Below are positions 19,526 to 29,462 of a stretch of 64,000 nt of DNA, in pieces. How positions within the stretch are numbered: the first letter of the stretch is position 1; the number at the start of each line of letters is the position of its first letter. This DNA comes from an uncultured Gammaproteobacteria bacterium. Its GTDB lineage: Bacteria > Patescibacteriota > Microgenomatia > Levybacterales > GWA1-39-11. The notes below the pieces were generated by a model, which was not told where the DNA came from, searched no databases, and saw only the letters and a program-made list of their open reading frames with translations. Made by a program: the position numbers and the translations under genes. The DNA lies in NCBI GenBank assembly GCA_964425075.1, contig CAYRKM010000001.1, positions 705,793 through 769,792 of the forward strand, given 5' to 3'.

Positions 19526-20302
19526 ATGAAGAAATTATCTGTGGTTCTAGCTACTTTTAATGAAGAGGAAAATTTGCCTAGGTGTCTTGATGCAGTTAAG
19601 GAATTGGCAGATGAGATAGTAATAGTCGATGGGACATCAAAAGACAAAACAGTAGAAATTGCACGAGGATATGGTGCAAAAGTTATTGTTACTTCAAATC
19701 CACCCAATTTTCACATTAACAAACAAAAAGCAATCGATAAAGCGAGTGGAGAGTGGATTTTACAATTAGATGCTGATGAAGTTGTATCCTCAGAGCTTGC
19801 AAAAGAGATTCAAAAATTAATTGCCCACAATACAGAAGAAAACGGATTTTGGATGCCAAGGAAAAATTATTTTTTGGGGCGCTACTTAATGAAGGGTGGT
19901 CAATATCCTGATTATACAGTGAGACTTTACAAAAATGGAAAAGGAAAGTTGCCACAAAAGGATGTTCACGAGCAGGCTACTATTGAAGGGAAAGTTGGGT
20001 ATCTCAAAGAGGCATTGCTTCATTATCCATACAAAAACTTTAATGTATATTGCAAAAAATGGATGAGATACAATAGGCTAATTGCGGCACAAACTGCAGA
20101 TCAGCTCAAGGGGAAAAATTTATTTTACAAAGTGTATATAGCAGTTGCCGATTTGGTTTTACGTCCATCTCACTGGATGTTAACTACCTACTTTCGCCAC
20201 AAAGGTTTTGTAGATGGATGGCAAGGATTTGTGTTTTCATTAATGTCTTCTCTTCGTTTTCCAGTTTCGTACATACTGTATTTAGCTGGAAAGTATGTTT
20301 AA
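19526..20302 (+). CDS. GT2 family glycosyltransferase; paralog of 4263..5018
   Basis: 258 aa. LSVVLATFNEEENL...IVDGTSKDKT...LQLDADEVV. Confidence 0.7.
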   Translation: MKKLSVVLATFNEEENLPRCLDAVKELADEIVIVDGTSKDKTVEIARGYGAKVIVTSNPPNFHINKQKAIDKASGEWILQLDADEVVSSELAKEIQKLIAHNTEENGFWMPRKNYFLGRYLMKGGQYPDYTVRLYKNGKGKLPQKDVHEQATIEGKVGYLKEALLHYPYKNFNVYCKKWMRYNRLIAAQTADQLKGKNLFYKVYIAVADLVLRPSHWMLTTYFRHKGFVDGWQGFVFSLMSSLRFPVSYILYLAGKYV

Positions 20303-20311
20303 ATAAGTAAT

Positions 20312-21289
20312 ATGGAAAAGAAAATCTTAGTAACAGGGGCAGCCGGATATATAGGTGGTTTCATGTTAAGGGTTTTGCAAGACAGGGGATACGCGCCGAT
20401 AGCACTTGATAATTTGTCACGGGGTAATCGTGATGTTGTGCCTGAAAATGTACCATTCTATCAGGGAAACGTTGGGGATGAGGAGATAGTAAATAAGATT
20501 ACATCTGAGCATCAAATTTTAGGGGTTATTCATTTTGCGGGATACATTTCAATGAAAGAGAGCATGGATAACCCAGAGATTTATTTTGAGAATAATACTT
20601 TCCAAACACTAAAGTTACTTGAAGCACTTAAAAAAAATAATATCCGCGACATAATTTTTTCATCAACCGCTGGAGTTTATGGTAATCCCGAAAGAATACC
20701 AATTGGCGAGGATGATAGGAAAATTCCCACAAATCCTTATGGAGAAAGTAAATTAATGGTAGAAAAAATACTTTCTTGGTATCAGCGTAATTTTGGAATA
20801 AACTTTGCTGCTTTAAGGTATTTCAATGCATGTGGAGCACAGCTTGATGGTAGTTTGGGTGAGGAGCACAAACCCGAGACACATATCTTGCCTCTTGCAA
20901 TACAGGCAGCTATAAATGACGAAGAATTTACTCTTTACGGCACAGATTACAAGACACCTGATGGTACCTGCGTACGGGATTACATTCATGTCCTTGATTT
21001 AGCAGAGGCGCATATTTTAGCACTCGAGAAAATAATTAGTTCTCCCGGTGCATACTACTATAATGTGGGAACTGGCAAAGGACTTTCAAATAAAGAGGTT
21101 GTAGAAAAATTAAAAGAGGTTTCAGGAAAAGATCTTCGTGTTAAATTTGCAGAAAGAAGGCCTGGGGATGCGGATGAATTAGTTGCAGATGTTACAAAAA
21201 TAAAGACGGAATTAGGATTTGAGCCAAAATATTCAGATCTTCAGACAATTATTGAGAGTGCTTGGAAGTGGCATAGTCGAAATTCTTAA
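20312..21289 (+). CDS. galE: UDP-glucose 4-epimerase
   Basis: 325 aa. VTGAAGYIGG Rossmann motif, catalytic YGESK, and the ALRYFNACGA motif found in GalE. Confidence 0.8.
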   Translation: MEKKILVTGAAGYIGGFMLRVLQDRGYAPIALDNLSRGNRDVVPENVPFYQGNVGDEEIVNKITSEHQILGVIHFAGYISMKESMDNPEIYFENNTFQTLKLLEALKKNNIRDIIFSSTAGVYGNPERIPIGEDDRKIPTNPYGESKLMVEKILSWYQRNFGINFAALRYFNACGAQLDGSLGEEHKPETHILPLAIQAAINDEEFTLYGTDYKTPDGTCVRDYIHVLDLAEAHILALEKIISSPGAYYYNVGTGKGLSNKEVVEKLKEVSGKDLRVKFAERRPGDADELVADVTKIKTELGFEPKYSDLQTIIESAWKWHSRNS

Positions 21290-21291
21290 GT

Positions 21292-21816
21292 ATGTTTCGA
21301 TATTATTTTATTTTTGCTACTGCTTTTTTACTATTTCTTTTCTTCACTACCCCAACATTTGCCCAGTCTACATATGTTTTACCTTATCCGTCAGCCATGC
21401 CGGGAAGCGTATGGTATAAAGTAAGCTTGGTAAAAGAAATGTTGTCAAAATATTGGCAATATGGGGATTTTGGGCAGTTTGATTACAATCTTAAACAGTC
21501 TGATAAATATCTTGTTGAGGCAAAAATCCTATTTGACTACAAACAATATCTTCTTGGTTATAGCGCTCTTCTCAAATCGGACAAATATTTTATCCAAATT
21601 CCTAAGCATCTTGAAAGTGCCTCAAAAAATGGCAAAATCATAAATGACAAGAAAAAAATCTTTATTGAAGCGTCACTTAAGCACACAGAAGAGTTGAAAA
21701 AAATGAAGGATAGTGTTCCTGAAGTTTTTACTTGGACGCCAGAAAAAAACGAACCGACAGTTTTAATGCTTTCAAAAACAATAAATTCATCAATTGAAAA
21801 AAGGAGTATTAAGTGA
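21292..21816 (+). CDS. Secreted DUF5667-like protein
   Basis: 174 aa. Signal peptide (…TPTFAQS) followed by LPYPSAMPGSVWYKVSLVKE, resembling the LPYPG.LP..P.Y..K..E start of DUF5667 proteins typical of CPR. Confidence 0.45.
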   Translation: MFRYYFIFATAFLLFLFFTTPTFAQSTYVLPYPSAMPGSVWYKVSLVKEMLSKYWQYGDFGQFDYNLKQSDKYLVEAKILFDYKQYLLGYSALLKSDKYFIQIPKHLESASKNGKIINDKKKIFIEASLKHTEELKKMKDSVPEVFTWTPEKNEPTVLMLSKTINSSIEKRSIK

Positions 21817-22925
21817 TTTTATATATTTATTCAATTTCTTTAATTCTATTTTCCTTTTTTACTTATCTTTTTGTAGATATTAATTTCATTTATCTTAAAA
21901 ATTTTATTACACGAATAGCTCTTGATAACAGGATTATTGTAAGTACTATTTATTTCGTTTTTATATCTTCTTTTTTCATACTTTATGCTTTAATTCTTAA
22001 TAAAAACAAAATTGAGACTATTTTTAAGCACAAATTTACATTGTGTATTGTTGCAATACTTTTGCTTTTGGCATATCCTGCATATGTTTCTTATGATATT
22101 TTTAATTACATAGCAACGGCAAAAGTTACTTTTTTCTATTTCGAGAATCCTTATGTTGTTATGCCCATTGAATTCACCAAAGATCCAGTTTTGCTTTTTA
22201 CCCACGCTGCCAACAAATTGGCGCTTTATGGCCCATTTTGGATTATATTATCGGGTATTCCATTCATGCTTTCGTTTGGAAACTATTTAGTTGCTATTTT
22301 TCTATTCAAGTTGATTTCTGCAGGGTTTTTTGTAGGATTATGTTATTTAATATTAAAAATAACTAACAGTAAATTTAGCCTCGTATTATTTTCTTTAAGT
22401 CCTTTAGTTCTTTTGGAAACCTTTGTGAGTGGGCATAATGATACGGCAATGATGTTTCTGGCACTATTCTCATTTTATCTGATACAAAAGAAAAAAATTA
22501 TTTTGGCAATTGTTTTTATTATGCTTTCCATTTTGATTAAATTCGCAACAGCCATTCTTTTACCAGTTATTTTTTATTGTGTTTACAAAAAATTTAAAAA
22601 GCAAAATTTAAATTGGAACAACGTATGGCTAATATCATTTTTGCTAATGCTTATTATATTTTTTCTTTCTTTCCTGCGTGAAGAAATTTATCCTTGGTAT
22701 GCTATTTGGCCACTGACGTTTCTTGTACTTATGCCTCAAAAGAAAAATATAATTATACTTTTCTCGGTATTTACTTATGGATTAATGTTGAGATATCTAC
22801 CCTATATGCTATTGGGAGATCATTTTGGAATAACGCCCATTCTTAAAATTATTTTTATGACAATTCCGGTTGTGGTCACTTTTTTCTTTTTGTATATAAA
22901 CAAAAAAATTAGAGCAAAATTTTAA
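21813..22925 (+). CDS. Polytopic membrane protein, possible GT-C (unassigned family)
   Basis: 370 aa, about 10 TM segments. Contains a conserved-looking SGHNDTAMMF motif. Confidence 0.4.
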   Translation: MILYIYSISLILFSFFTYLFVDINFIYLKNFITRIALDNRIIVSTIYFVFISSFFILYALILNKNKIETIFKHKFTLCIVAILLLLAYPAYVSYDIFNYIATAKVTFFYFENPYVVMPIEFTKDPVLLFTHAANKLALYGPFWIILSGIPFMLSFGNYLVAIFLFKLISAGFFVGLCYLILKITNSKFSLVLFSLSPLVLLETFVSGHNDTAMMFLALFSFYLIQKKKIILAIVFIMLSILIKFATAILLPVIFYCVYKKFKKQNLNWNNVWLISFLLMLIIFFLSFLREEIYPWYAIWPLTFLVLMPQKKNIIILFSVFTYGLMLRYLPYMLLGDHFGITPILKIIFMTIPVVVTFFFLYINKKIRAKF

Positions 22926-24754
22926 TGTTAGTACTTATTTTTCTCCTAGCAGTTTTGTTTTTTGGATATTCAATATGTGCAAACTTAATTTTGCATACAA
23001 AACTGCCAATTGTTGTATCAACATTTTTTGTTGGAAGTCTATTCTCTATCCCGTTAGTTTTTGTCTTGCTATTCGCGTTTAAAAATCTTGAAGGAGCTAT
23101 CATTATATTTATTTTTCTTGTATCTTTATTTGTTGGGCTTTCTGTAAAAAATTTTGTTCGGGAACTTAAGAAAGAGGTGCTAAACTTTAGAGAGACAATT
23201 TTAAACATTCTCCTTTTTACTTTATTTTTTCTTCTTTTCGAACGTTCATTCGCATATGATGGAAAAGTTAATTCTATCTTAATACAAACTAATCTTTTTC
23301 AGGATTTCGGGGCACATATTCCCTTCATTAGGGCATTTTCAATGGGAAACGCAACAACACCTGAAGTGCCATTTTTTGCAGGAATGGGATTACTGTACCA
23401 CTTTATGTTTGATTTTTACGCTGCAATTCTTGAAAAACTCGGCTTAAGAATTGATTATGCCATGAATTTACTGAGTGCACTATCTTTATTGGGATTATTT
23501 AATGTGTTCAAGTATTTATCTCAAATATTGTTTAAGAGTAAAATACCGGGAATATTTGCGCTTGTATTTTTATTGTTTAGTACTGATTTGTCGATTTTAC
23601 AATTATTTAACCAATATGGTTTTTCATTTTCAGAGTGGTACAACCACAATACATATTTCCCAGTTAACTCTTTAGGCATAAATATAGAGAAATATTTTTT
23701 GAACATAAACACATTCCTTAACCAAAGACATTTGCTTTTTGGACTTCTGATCTTTTTTTCTTTCTTCTATATATTATTAGCGGAGAAAGTAAAATCTTTA
23801 AAAAAAATAATTTTTCTCTCATTACTTATTGGATTTTCTCCTTTTTGGCATGTTCAGGTTACTGCTGCGTTGTATATTTTTTTAATAAGTCTTTTTGTCT
23901 TGTTTAGAGAAAGAAGAGGAGAGTTACTAAAAATAATTGTAATTTCTCTTATTTTTTCTTTTCCTCAGTTGCTTCTAATAAAATCATCCTCAGTTAATAG
24001 AATTGTAATTAATCCTGGTTTCCTTCTCCACAATACTTTTACGTTTAAAAACTTTCTACTATTTTGGATTTGGAATTTTGGCCTACTATTACCACTTGGG
24101 ATTTGGGGGTTCATTCGATCCAACACTTTTCAAAGAAAAATTCTATTTAGTTCGCTACCAATTTTTATAATTCCAAATATATTTCAATTTTCTCAGGATA
24201 TTTTCGATAATCATAAGTTTTTTAATATATGGATTGTTTTTTTGGGTCTTTTTGCAGGTGTTGCTGTTAAGCTTGTTTTAAATAGAAGTGTTCCTCTTAA
24301 AATAGTAGCAAGCGCTATCGTTATTGTTACTATTTCTTCAGGTATTTTCCATATGCTTGTTGTCAAAAATGATATATATGCCTCGGTTGTAGATATCGCC
24401 TCAACTCCACTCGGGAAATATGTAAATAACAACATAGGTTCGGGTGATATAGTGTTAACGAACGGACAAATTTATGACCCAGTTTCGCTAATTGGGGTGA
24501 GGACATTTATTGGACGAGCACATTATATTTATTTGTACGGTGGCAATCCCGACAGTAGGGTAATTGAGAAAGATATAATATTAAAGGGATTTAGCGATAG
24601 TATTTTTAGAATACTTTCGTCAAATAAGATAACCTACGTAATAATATACAAGGAAGGAGAAGTATTTAACCCTGAGAAGGCAAATATGCAGTATTTAAAT
24701 AAAAGTTTTAAAAAGGTATATGAAGACGATACAGCAATTATTTATAAAATTTAG
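22925..24754 (+). CDS. Polytopic membrane protein, possible GT-C (unassigned family)
   Basis: 609 aa. Mostly hydrophobic, with one loop carrying DFGAHIPFIRAFSMG and a soluble C-terminal domain. Confidence 0.4.
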   Translation: MLVLIFLLAVLFFGYSICANLILHTKLPIVVSTFFVGSLFSIPLVFVLLFAFKNLEGAIIIFIFLVSLFVGLSVKNFVRELKKEVLNFRETILNILLFTLFFLLFERSFAYDGKVNSILIQTNLFQDFGAHIPFIRAFSMGNATTPEVPFFAGMGLLYHFMFDFYAAILEKLGLRIDYAMNLLSALSLLGLFNVFKYLSQILFKSKIPGIFALVFLLFSTDLSILQLFNQYGFSFSEWYNHNTYFPVNSLGINIEKYFLNINTFLNQRHLLFGLLIFFSFFYILLAEKVKSLKKIIFLSLLIGFSPFWHVQVTAALYIFLISLFVLFRERRGELLKIIVISLIFSFPQLLLIKSSSVNRIVINPGFLLHNTFTFKNFLLFWIWNFGLLLPLGIWGFIRSNTFQRKILFSSLPIFIIPNIFQFSQDIFDNHKFFNIWIVFLGLFAGVAVKLVLNRSVPLKIVASAIVIVTISSGIFHMLVVKNDIYASVVDIASTPLGKYVNNNIGSGDIVLTNGQIYDPVSLIGVRTFIGRAHYIYLYGGNPDSRVIEKDIILKGFSDSIFRILSSNKITYVIIYKEGEVFNPEKANMQYLNKSFKKVYEDDTAIIYKI

Positions 24755-26396
24755 TGGTTTAACAGTAGTAATTCTTATAGCTTTACTTGCTGTTTTTGAT
24801 CTTTCGCATTATGGTATTCCGCCTACCCATGATGGCGAATATCACATTATGCGCTTTTGGCAATTCTACAAGAATCTCGAGGGTGGAATTATTTATCCTC
24901 GATGGGCACCAGATTTTAATAATGGTTTTGGAATTCCGCTATTTAATTATGTTTATCCCTTGCCTAATTACGTTGCTTCCCTTTTTCATTTATTTGGGTT
25001 TGGTTTTATTGAAAGCTTAAAGCTTAATTTTGCTTTTGCAACAATTACTGGTAGCATTTTTTTCTACTTGTGGACAAAAAAATATTGGGGCAATTTGGGT
25101 GGGGTTGTATCAAGTGTTTTTTATACTTTTTCGCCATATCATTTTCTAGACATATATGTACGAGGATCTGTTGGTGAAGTTTGGAGTTTAGCGTTGTTTC
25201 CAGGTTTATTATGGGCATATTATAATTACGTTTATTCTAGGAAATATAAATATTTTGTATTATCCGCAGTTTTTCTTGCATTACTGATCCTGGCGCACAA
25301 TATCCTGGCAGTAATTTTTTTCTCACTTTTCCTCTTGTATGCTTTATCATTTCTCAATATTAAAAAGAATGTAGATGTTAATTTAATTGGCTTAATTTGC
25401 CTTACGTTAATAGGATTTGGATTAGCAGCTCCTTTTTGGCTCCCTGCGATTCTTGAGACAAAATATGTTTCAGGACTCCAAATATTTAATCCCACAGACC
25501 ATTTCCCCAAACTATATCAACTTATATATTCTTCGTGGGGATACGGATTTTCTGGTGTTAAGCCGTCAGGGGCAGAAGGACAAATGTCTTTTCAAATTGG
25601 TATTGCCAACCTTCTTGCTGTGGTCGTTTCATCTGTAATAGTTTTTCTAAATAGAAAAAGGATAGTTTTCTTATCTATTCTAGCTTTTTTTGTTTTTGTT
25701 TTTCTAATAACGCCCCTGTCTGGTTGGCTGTGGGATGTTATTCCTGGCGTGTCCTACGTGCAGTTTCCATGGAGACTTCTTAGTGCGGTAATAGTTTTAG
25801 CATCTTTTTTGGCAGGTAGTGTTGTTTCAGACGATTTATTTAAGAAAAAAAGAAAAATTCAAATATTAATGGCAGCTGGGGCAATATGTATTTCGATAAT
25901 CTTGGGCATAAAGTACGCCAAAGCCCCTTTTTACCATGAACGAGCAGATGAACACTATTTAACCAGAAGTAATTTCACCGATGGAACAAATAGTCCGGGA
26001 AATTTATTTAATACAAAATGGCTTAAGAATGTTCCAGAGAAAAAAAGCAAAAAAGTAGAAATCATTAGAGGAAGGGGAAATATTGCTATTGCGAAGCAAG
26101 CAACTGATGGTTTGTTATTTTCTGTTAAAACGAACGAGAATCTTCTAATTCAGGTTAATACTGCTTTCTTTCCAGGTTGGGTAGCTTTGGTTGATAATTC
26201 TTCGACCGAGATAATAAATAACTCAGGAATAGTAAATTTAGTAGTACCTAGTGGGAAGCATAGTGTTAGAATATTTCTCAAAAATACAGTAATTCAAGAG
26301 ATATCCTACATGTATTTTTTATTTTCGATTTTACTTATAATATTAATGCCTAAAAATAAATTTTTTGAAAGAAAAAAATATGAGAATTGGAATTGA
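24720..26396 (+). CDS. Polytopic membrane protein, GT-C-like; paralog of 276..1931
   Basis: 558 aa. GIPPTHDGEYHIMRF...YPRWAPDFNNGFGIPLFNYVYP parallels the N-terminus of 276..1931. C-terminus FFPGWVALVDNSS. Confidence 0.55.
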   Translation: MKTIQQLFIKFSGLTVVILIALLAVFDLSHYGIPPTHDGEYHIMRFWQFYKNLEGGIIYPRWAPDFNNGFGIPLFNYVYPLPNYVASLFHLFGFGFIESLKLNFAFATITGSIFFYLWTKKYWGNLGGVVSSVFYTFSPYHFLDIYVRGSVGEVWSLALFPGLLWAYYNYVYSRKYKYFVLSAVFLALLILAHNILAVIFFSLFLLYALSFLNIKKNVDVNLIGLICLTLIGFGLAAPFWLPAILETKYVSGLQIFNPTDHFPKLYQLIYSSWGYGFSGVKPSGAEGQMSFQIGIANLLAVVVSSVIVFLNRKRIVFLSILAFFVFVFLITPLSGWLWDVIPGVSYVQFPWRLLSAVIVLASFLAGSVVSDDLFKKKRKIQILMAAGAICISIILGIKYAKAPFYHERADEHYLTRSNFTDGTNSPGNLFNTKWLKNVPEKKSKKVEIIRGRGNIAIAKQATDGLLFSVKTNENLLIQVNTAFFPGWVALVDNSSTEIINNSGIVNLVVPSGKHSVRIFLKNTVIQEISYMYFLFSILLIILMPKNKFFERKKYENWN

Positions 26397-27447
26397 TATA
26401 TCGCCAATTAGCACAAAATCGACTTCACAGCACAAAGTACGTGGTGTTGGAGCATATATCAATTTATTAAAAGAACATCTACCAGTCGAGGACAAAAAAA
26501 ATGAATATTTATTTATCGAAGACAAGAAAATTCCAAAGGACATAGACTTACTCCATTTTCCGTATTTTGACCCTTTTTTCTTAACTTTTCCCTTAATTAA
26601 AAAAAAGAAAACAGTCATAACGATTCACGATATTATTCCGCTTGCTCATGGGAAGGAGTTTCCTGCAGGAATTAAAGGGAATTTAAAATGGCAAATTAAT
26701 AAAAGAATTTTATTGTCTGCAGATGGGATTATTACTGATTCAAAGGCTTCTAGAAATGCTTTAAATAAGCTCTTAAATTATCCTAACGAGAAAACATACG
26801 TTGTTCCTCTTGGTGTTAGTAGTGACTTTAAAAAAATAAAGCTTTCTAATTTTGATATTAAGACAATCAAGGAAAAATATTCGCTGCCGGATCGTTTCCT
26901 GATGTATGTTGGCGATGTTACATGGAATAAAAATTTGCCAAGGCTTATTGAGGCCATTAATTTAATACATAACATTCCTCTTGTTATGGTAGGAAGAGCT
27001 ATAACAGAAAAAGAATTCGATAAGTCTAATTCTTGGAATAGAGATAGAAATTATTTGATTAAGAATACAGAGAATAAGTTATTTCACAAACTAGGATTTG
27101 TTCCTACAACTGACCTAATAATGCTTTATAACCTTGCTGATGCTTTGGTCATGCCTTCCCTTGATGAAGGGTTTGGGTTACCGGCATTGGAAGCGATGAG
27201 CTGTGGTTGCCCAGTGATTATATCTCATGAAGGAAGTCTTCCTGAGGTAGGGGGAGAGGCTGCATTATATGTAGATGCTTATTCTACAGAGAACATAAAA
27301 AAAACACTAGAAAAAGTTTGGACCGATTCAGAATTAAGAAAGAGATTATCAACTAAGTCGATTGAACAATCTAGAAAATTTTCTATTGAAAAAATGATAA
27401 GAGATACAGTAAGTGCTTACGAAATAATAAATGAAAAAGCACATTAA
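26365..27447 (+). CDS. GT4 family glycosyltransferase
   Basis: 360 aa. DEGFGLPALEAMSCGCPVIISHEGSLPEVGG matches the GT4 C-terminal domain. An alternative start at 26380 (MRIGIDI) is possible. Confidence 0.7.
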   Translation: MKEKNMRIGIDISPISTKSTSQHKVRGVGAYINLLKEHLPVEDKKNEYLFIEDKKIPKDIDLLHFPYFDPFFLTFPLIKKKKTVITIHDIIPLAHGKEFPAGIKGNLKWQINKRILLSADGIITDSKASRNALNKLLNYPNEKTYVVPLGVSSDFKKIKLSNFDIKTIKEKYSLPDRFLMYVGDVTWNKNLPRLIEAINLIHNIPLVMVGRAITEKEFDKSNSWNRDRNYLIKNTENKLFHKLGFVPTTDLIMLYNLADALVMPSLDEGFGLPALEAMSCGCPVIISHEGSLPEVGGEAALYVDAYSTENIKKTLEKVWTDSELRKRLSTKSIEQSRKFSIEKMIRDTVSAYEIINEKAH

Positions 27448-28699
27448 TAAAATTATTTCAAATCCTCTCATTTCGGGAAGCAGCATCATTTTTCTGGGAA
27501 CTTTTTTTGCGAATATTTTTAACTATGGATTTAGTCTAATTCTTGGTAGATTATTGCCAGTTTCAGAATATGGATTGGTTGTTTCTCTTGCATCAATAAT
27601 TGCGATATTTACACTTTTTCAAGCATCTTTTTCAAGTATTTTTGCAAAATTTACTGCTCAATATTATGCAAGCGGGGACAGCAAAAAACTAAAACTCTTG
27701 ATAAGTGGTGGGATGCAAGCTGTATTATTGTGTGGAGCAATTGTTTTCTGTCTTTTTTTAATAGGGATACCATTTCTTTCCTCATTTCTACATCTGAATA
27801 ATTTTTTTCTACTTTTAGTTATTGGCGTTTATATTTTTGTATCCTTTTTATACTCATTGCCATATGGTGTGTTGCAGGGAGAACTTCGATTCTTTTCTCT
27901 TTCAGGTTTAAATATTGCAAGCTCTGCTGTAAAAATAATTGTTGGAACTTTTCTAGTTTTATTGGGTTGGGGTGTTTTGGGAGCATTGGGAGGATATCTT
28001 TTCTCAATGATTGTGCCATTTATTATTGGTGTTGCTCTTATCTTTTCAAAAGTTGGATTTTCATGGGGAAAATCAAAACAGCTGGGAATATTCTTTTATG
28101 AATTTAGAAAATATAGTTTTTATTTTTTCCTTGCTTCTCTTGGAATAACCATTTTTAATACTTTGGACGTTGTTTTGGTGAGAAACATTTTTGATGAAGT
28201 AACATCTGGGCAATATGCTGCACTATCATTAATTGGAAAATCAATTTTCTATCTCACCTCTCCAATTTATTTTGTATTTTTTCCACTAATTTCAAAAAAG
28301 AATGAATTAAAAGAGAAACTTACCCCAACCCTTCTCCTTGCGTCCATTATTGTACTTGCAGTTTCAGGTAGTGCTTCTGTTTTCTATTTTCTTTTTCCGC
28401 ATTTAGTTGTTAACATCTTTTTTCCGGCAAAGGAATACGCAATGTTATCGCAATATGTAGGACTGTATTCAGTATTTATTACGGTGTTCTCATTGGCTTT
28501 TCTTTTAAATAATTTTTTCCTTTCTGTCGGGAAAACAGCAGTTTATAAAATAAATATTACATGTGGAGTTTTATTGGTAGGACTTATTTTTATGTTTAGT
28601 AAAAACCTTTATGATGTGATTTGGACCTTGTTAGTAATGTCTCTTGTGCTTTTTACTTCGCTTCTTATATACTACTTTTATTCTTATGCAAGGAATTAA
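27431..28699 (+). CDS. Wzx-like polysaccharide/oligosaccharide flippase (MOP superfamily)
   Basis: 422 aa, about 12 TM segments, with the helix-pair architecture typical of polysaccharide biosynthesis (Wzx) proteins. Confidence 0.5.
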   Translation: MKKHINKIISNPLISGSSIIFLGTFFANIFNYGFSLILGRLLPVSEYGLVVSLASIIAIFTLFQASFSSIFAKFTAQYYASGDSKKLKLLISGGMQAVLLCGAIVFCLFLIGIPFLSSFLHLNNFFLLLVIGVYIFVSFLYSLPYGVLQGELRFFSLSGLNIASSAVKIIVGTFLVLLGWGVLGALGGYLFSMIVPFIIGVALIFSKVGFSWGKSKQLGIFFYEFRKYSFYFFLASLGITIFNTLDVVLVRNIFDEVTSGQYAALSLIGKSIFYLTSPIYFVFFPLISKKNELKEKLTPTLLLASIIVLAVSGSASVFYFLFPHLVVNIFFPAKEYAMLSQYVGLYSVFITVFSLAFLLNNFFLSVGKTAVYKINITCGVLLVGLIFMFSKNLYDVIWTLLVMSLVLFTSLLIYYFYSYARN

Positions 28700-29462
28700 A
28701 TCCCTCTCTCTGATTATCCCAGCATATAAAGAGGAAAAAAACATATCAAAAAGTATTGTTGCTGTTGAGAACATTTTGAAAAAAATGGGAGTGAAATACG
28801 AACTAATTATAGTTGTTGATGGATTTGTTGATAATACATTTAAAAATGCCTCAAAGAAAATATCGAAAAAGGTTAAGGTTTTGGGATATAAAAAAAACAA
28901 GGGTAAAGGATATGCTATTCGGTATGGAATAATTAAGTCAAAGGGAGATGTTGTAGGATTTATTGACGCTGGCCTGGATATAGATCCCGCAGCAATACCA
29001 TTGCTTCTTGAGTATTTAAAAATAAATAGTGCTGATATTGTGTTGGGAAGCAAACTCCATCCTGATTCAATAATTAATTATCCACTTCCAAGAAAGCTGT
29101 TGTCATGGTGTTATCGAAAGTGTTCCCAAGTACTTTTTGGATTTGATATTAAAGACACGCAGGTTGGACTGAAATTATATAGAGGAGATGTTGCGAGAGA
29201 TATTTTTTCAAAGTTAGTCATCAATGGTTTTGCATTTGACATTGAGGTTTTGGCTTTAGCGCATGCATTGGGTTACAGGAAAATTATCGAGGCACCTATT
29301 AAGTTGAGATTTAATAATTTCAGCACAATTACCTCTTATAATTTTTGGCAAATATCCTTAGCAACACTCCTTGACACTTTATCCGTGTTTTACAGGCTAA
29401 AAATAGCAAAGAGCTATGGTAAAATTGAAAAAAATAAAGTTAGGAAAAAACAAAAAAAATGA
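28686..29462 (+). CDS. GT2, polyprenyl-phosphate sugar synthase type (Ppm/DPM1-like)
   Basis: LSLIIPAYKEEKNI...IVVDGFVDNT...GFIDAGLDIDP. The start was moved to ATG 28686, overlapping the upstream stop; the ORF track gives 28644. Confidence 0.65.
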   Translation: MQGIKSLSLIIPAYKEEKNISKSIVAVENILKKMGVKYELIIVVDGFVDNTFKNASKKISKKVKVLGYKKNKGKGYAIRYGIIKSKGDVVGFIDAGLDIDPAAIPLLLEYLKINSADIVLGSKLHPDSIINYPLPRKLLSWCYRKCSQVLFGFDIKDTQVGLKLYRGDVARDIFSKLVINGFAFDIEVLALAHALGYRKIIEAPIKLRFNNFSTITSYNFWQISLATLLDTLSVFYRLKIAKSYGKIEKNKVRKKQKK

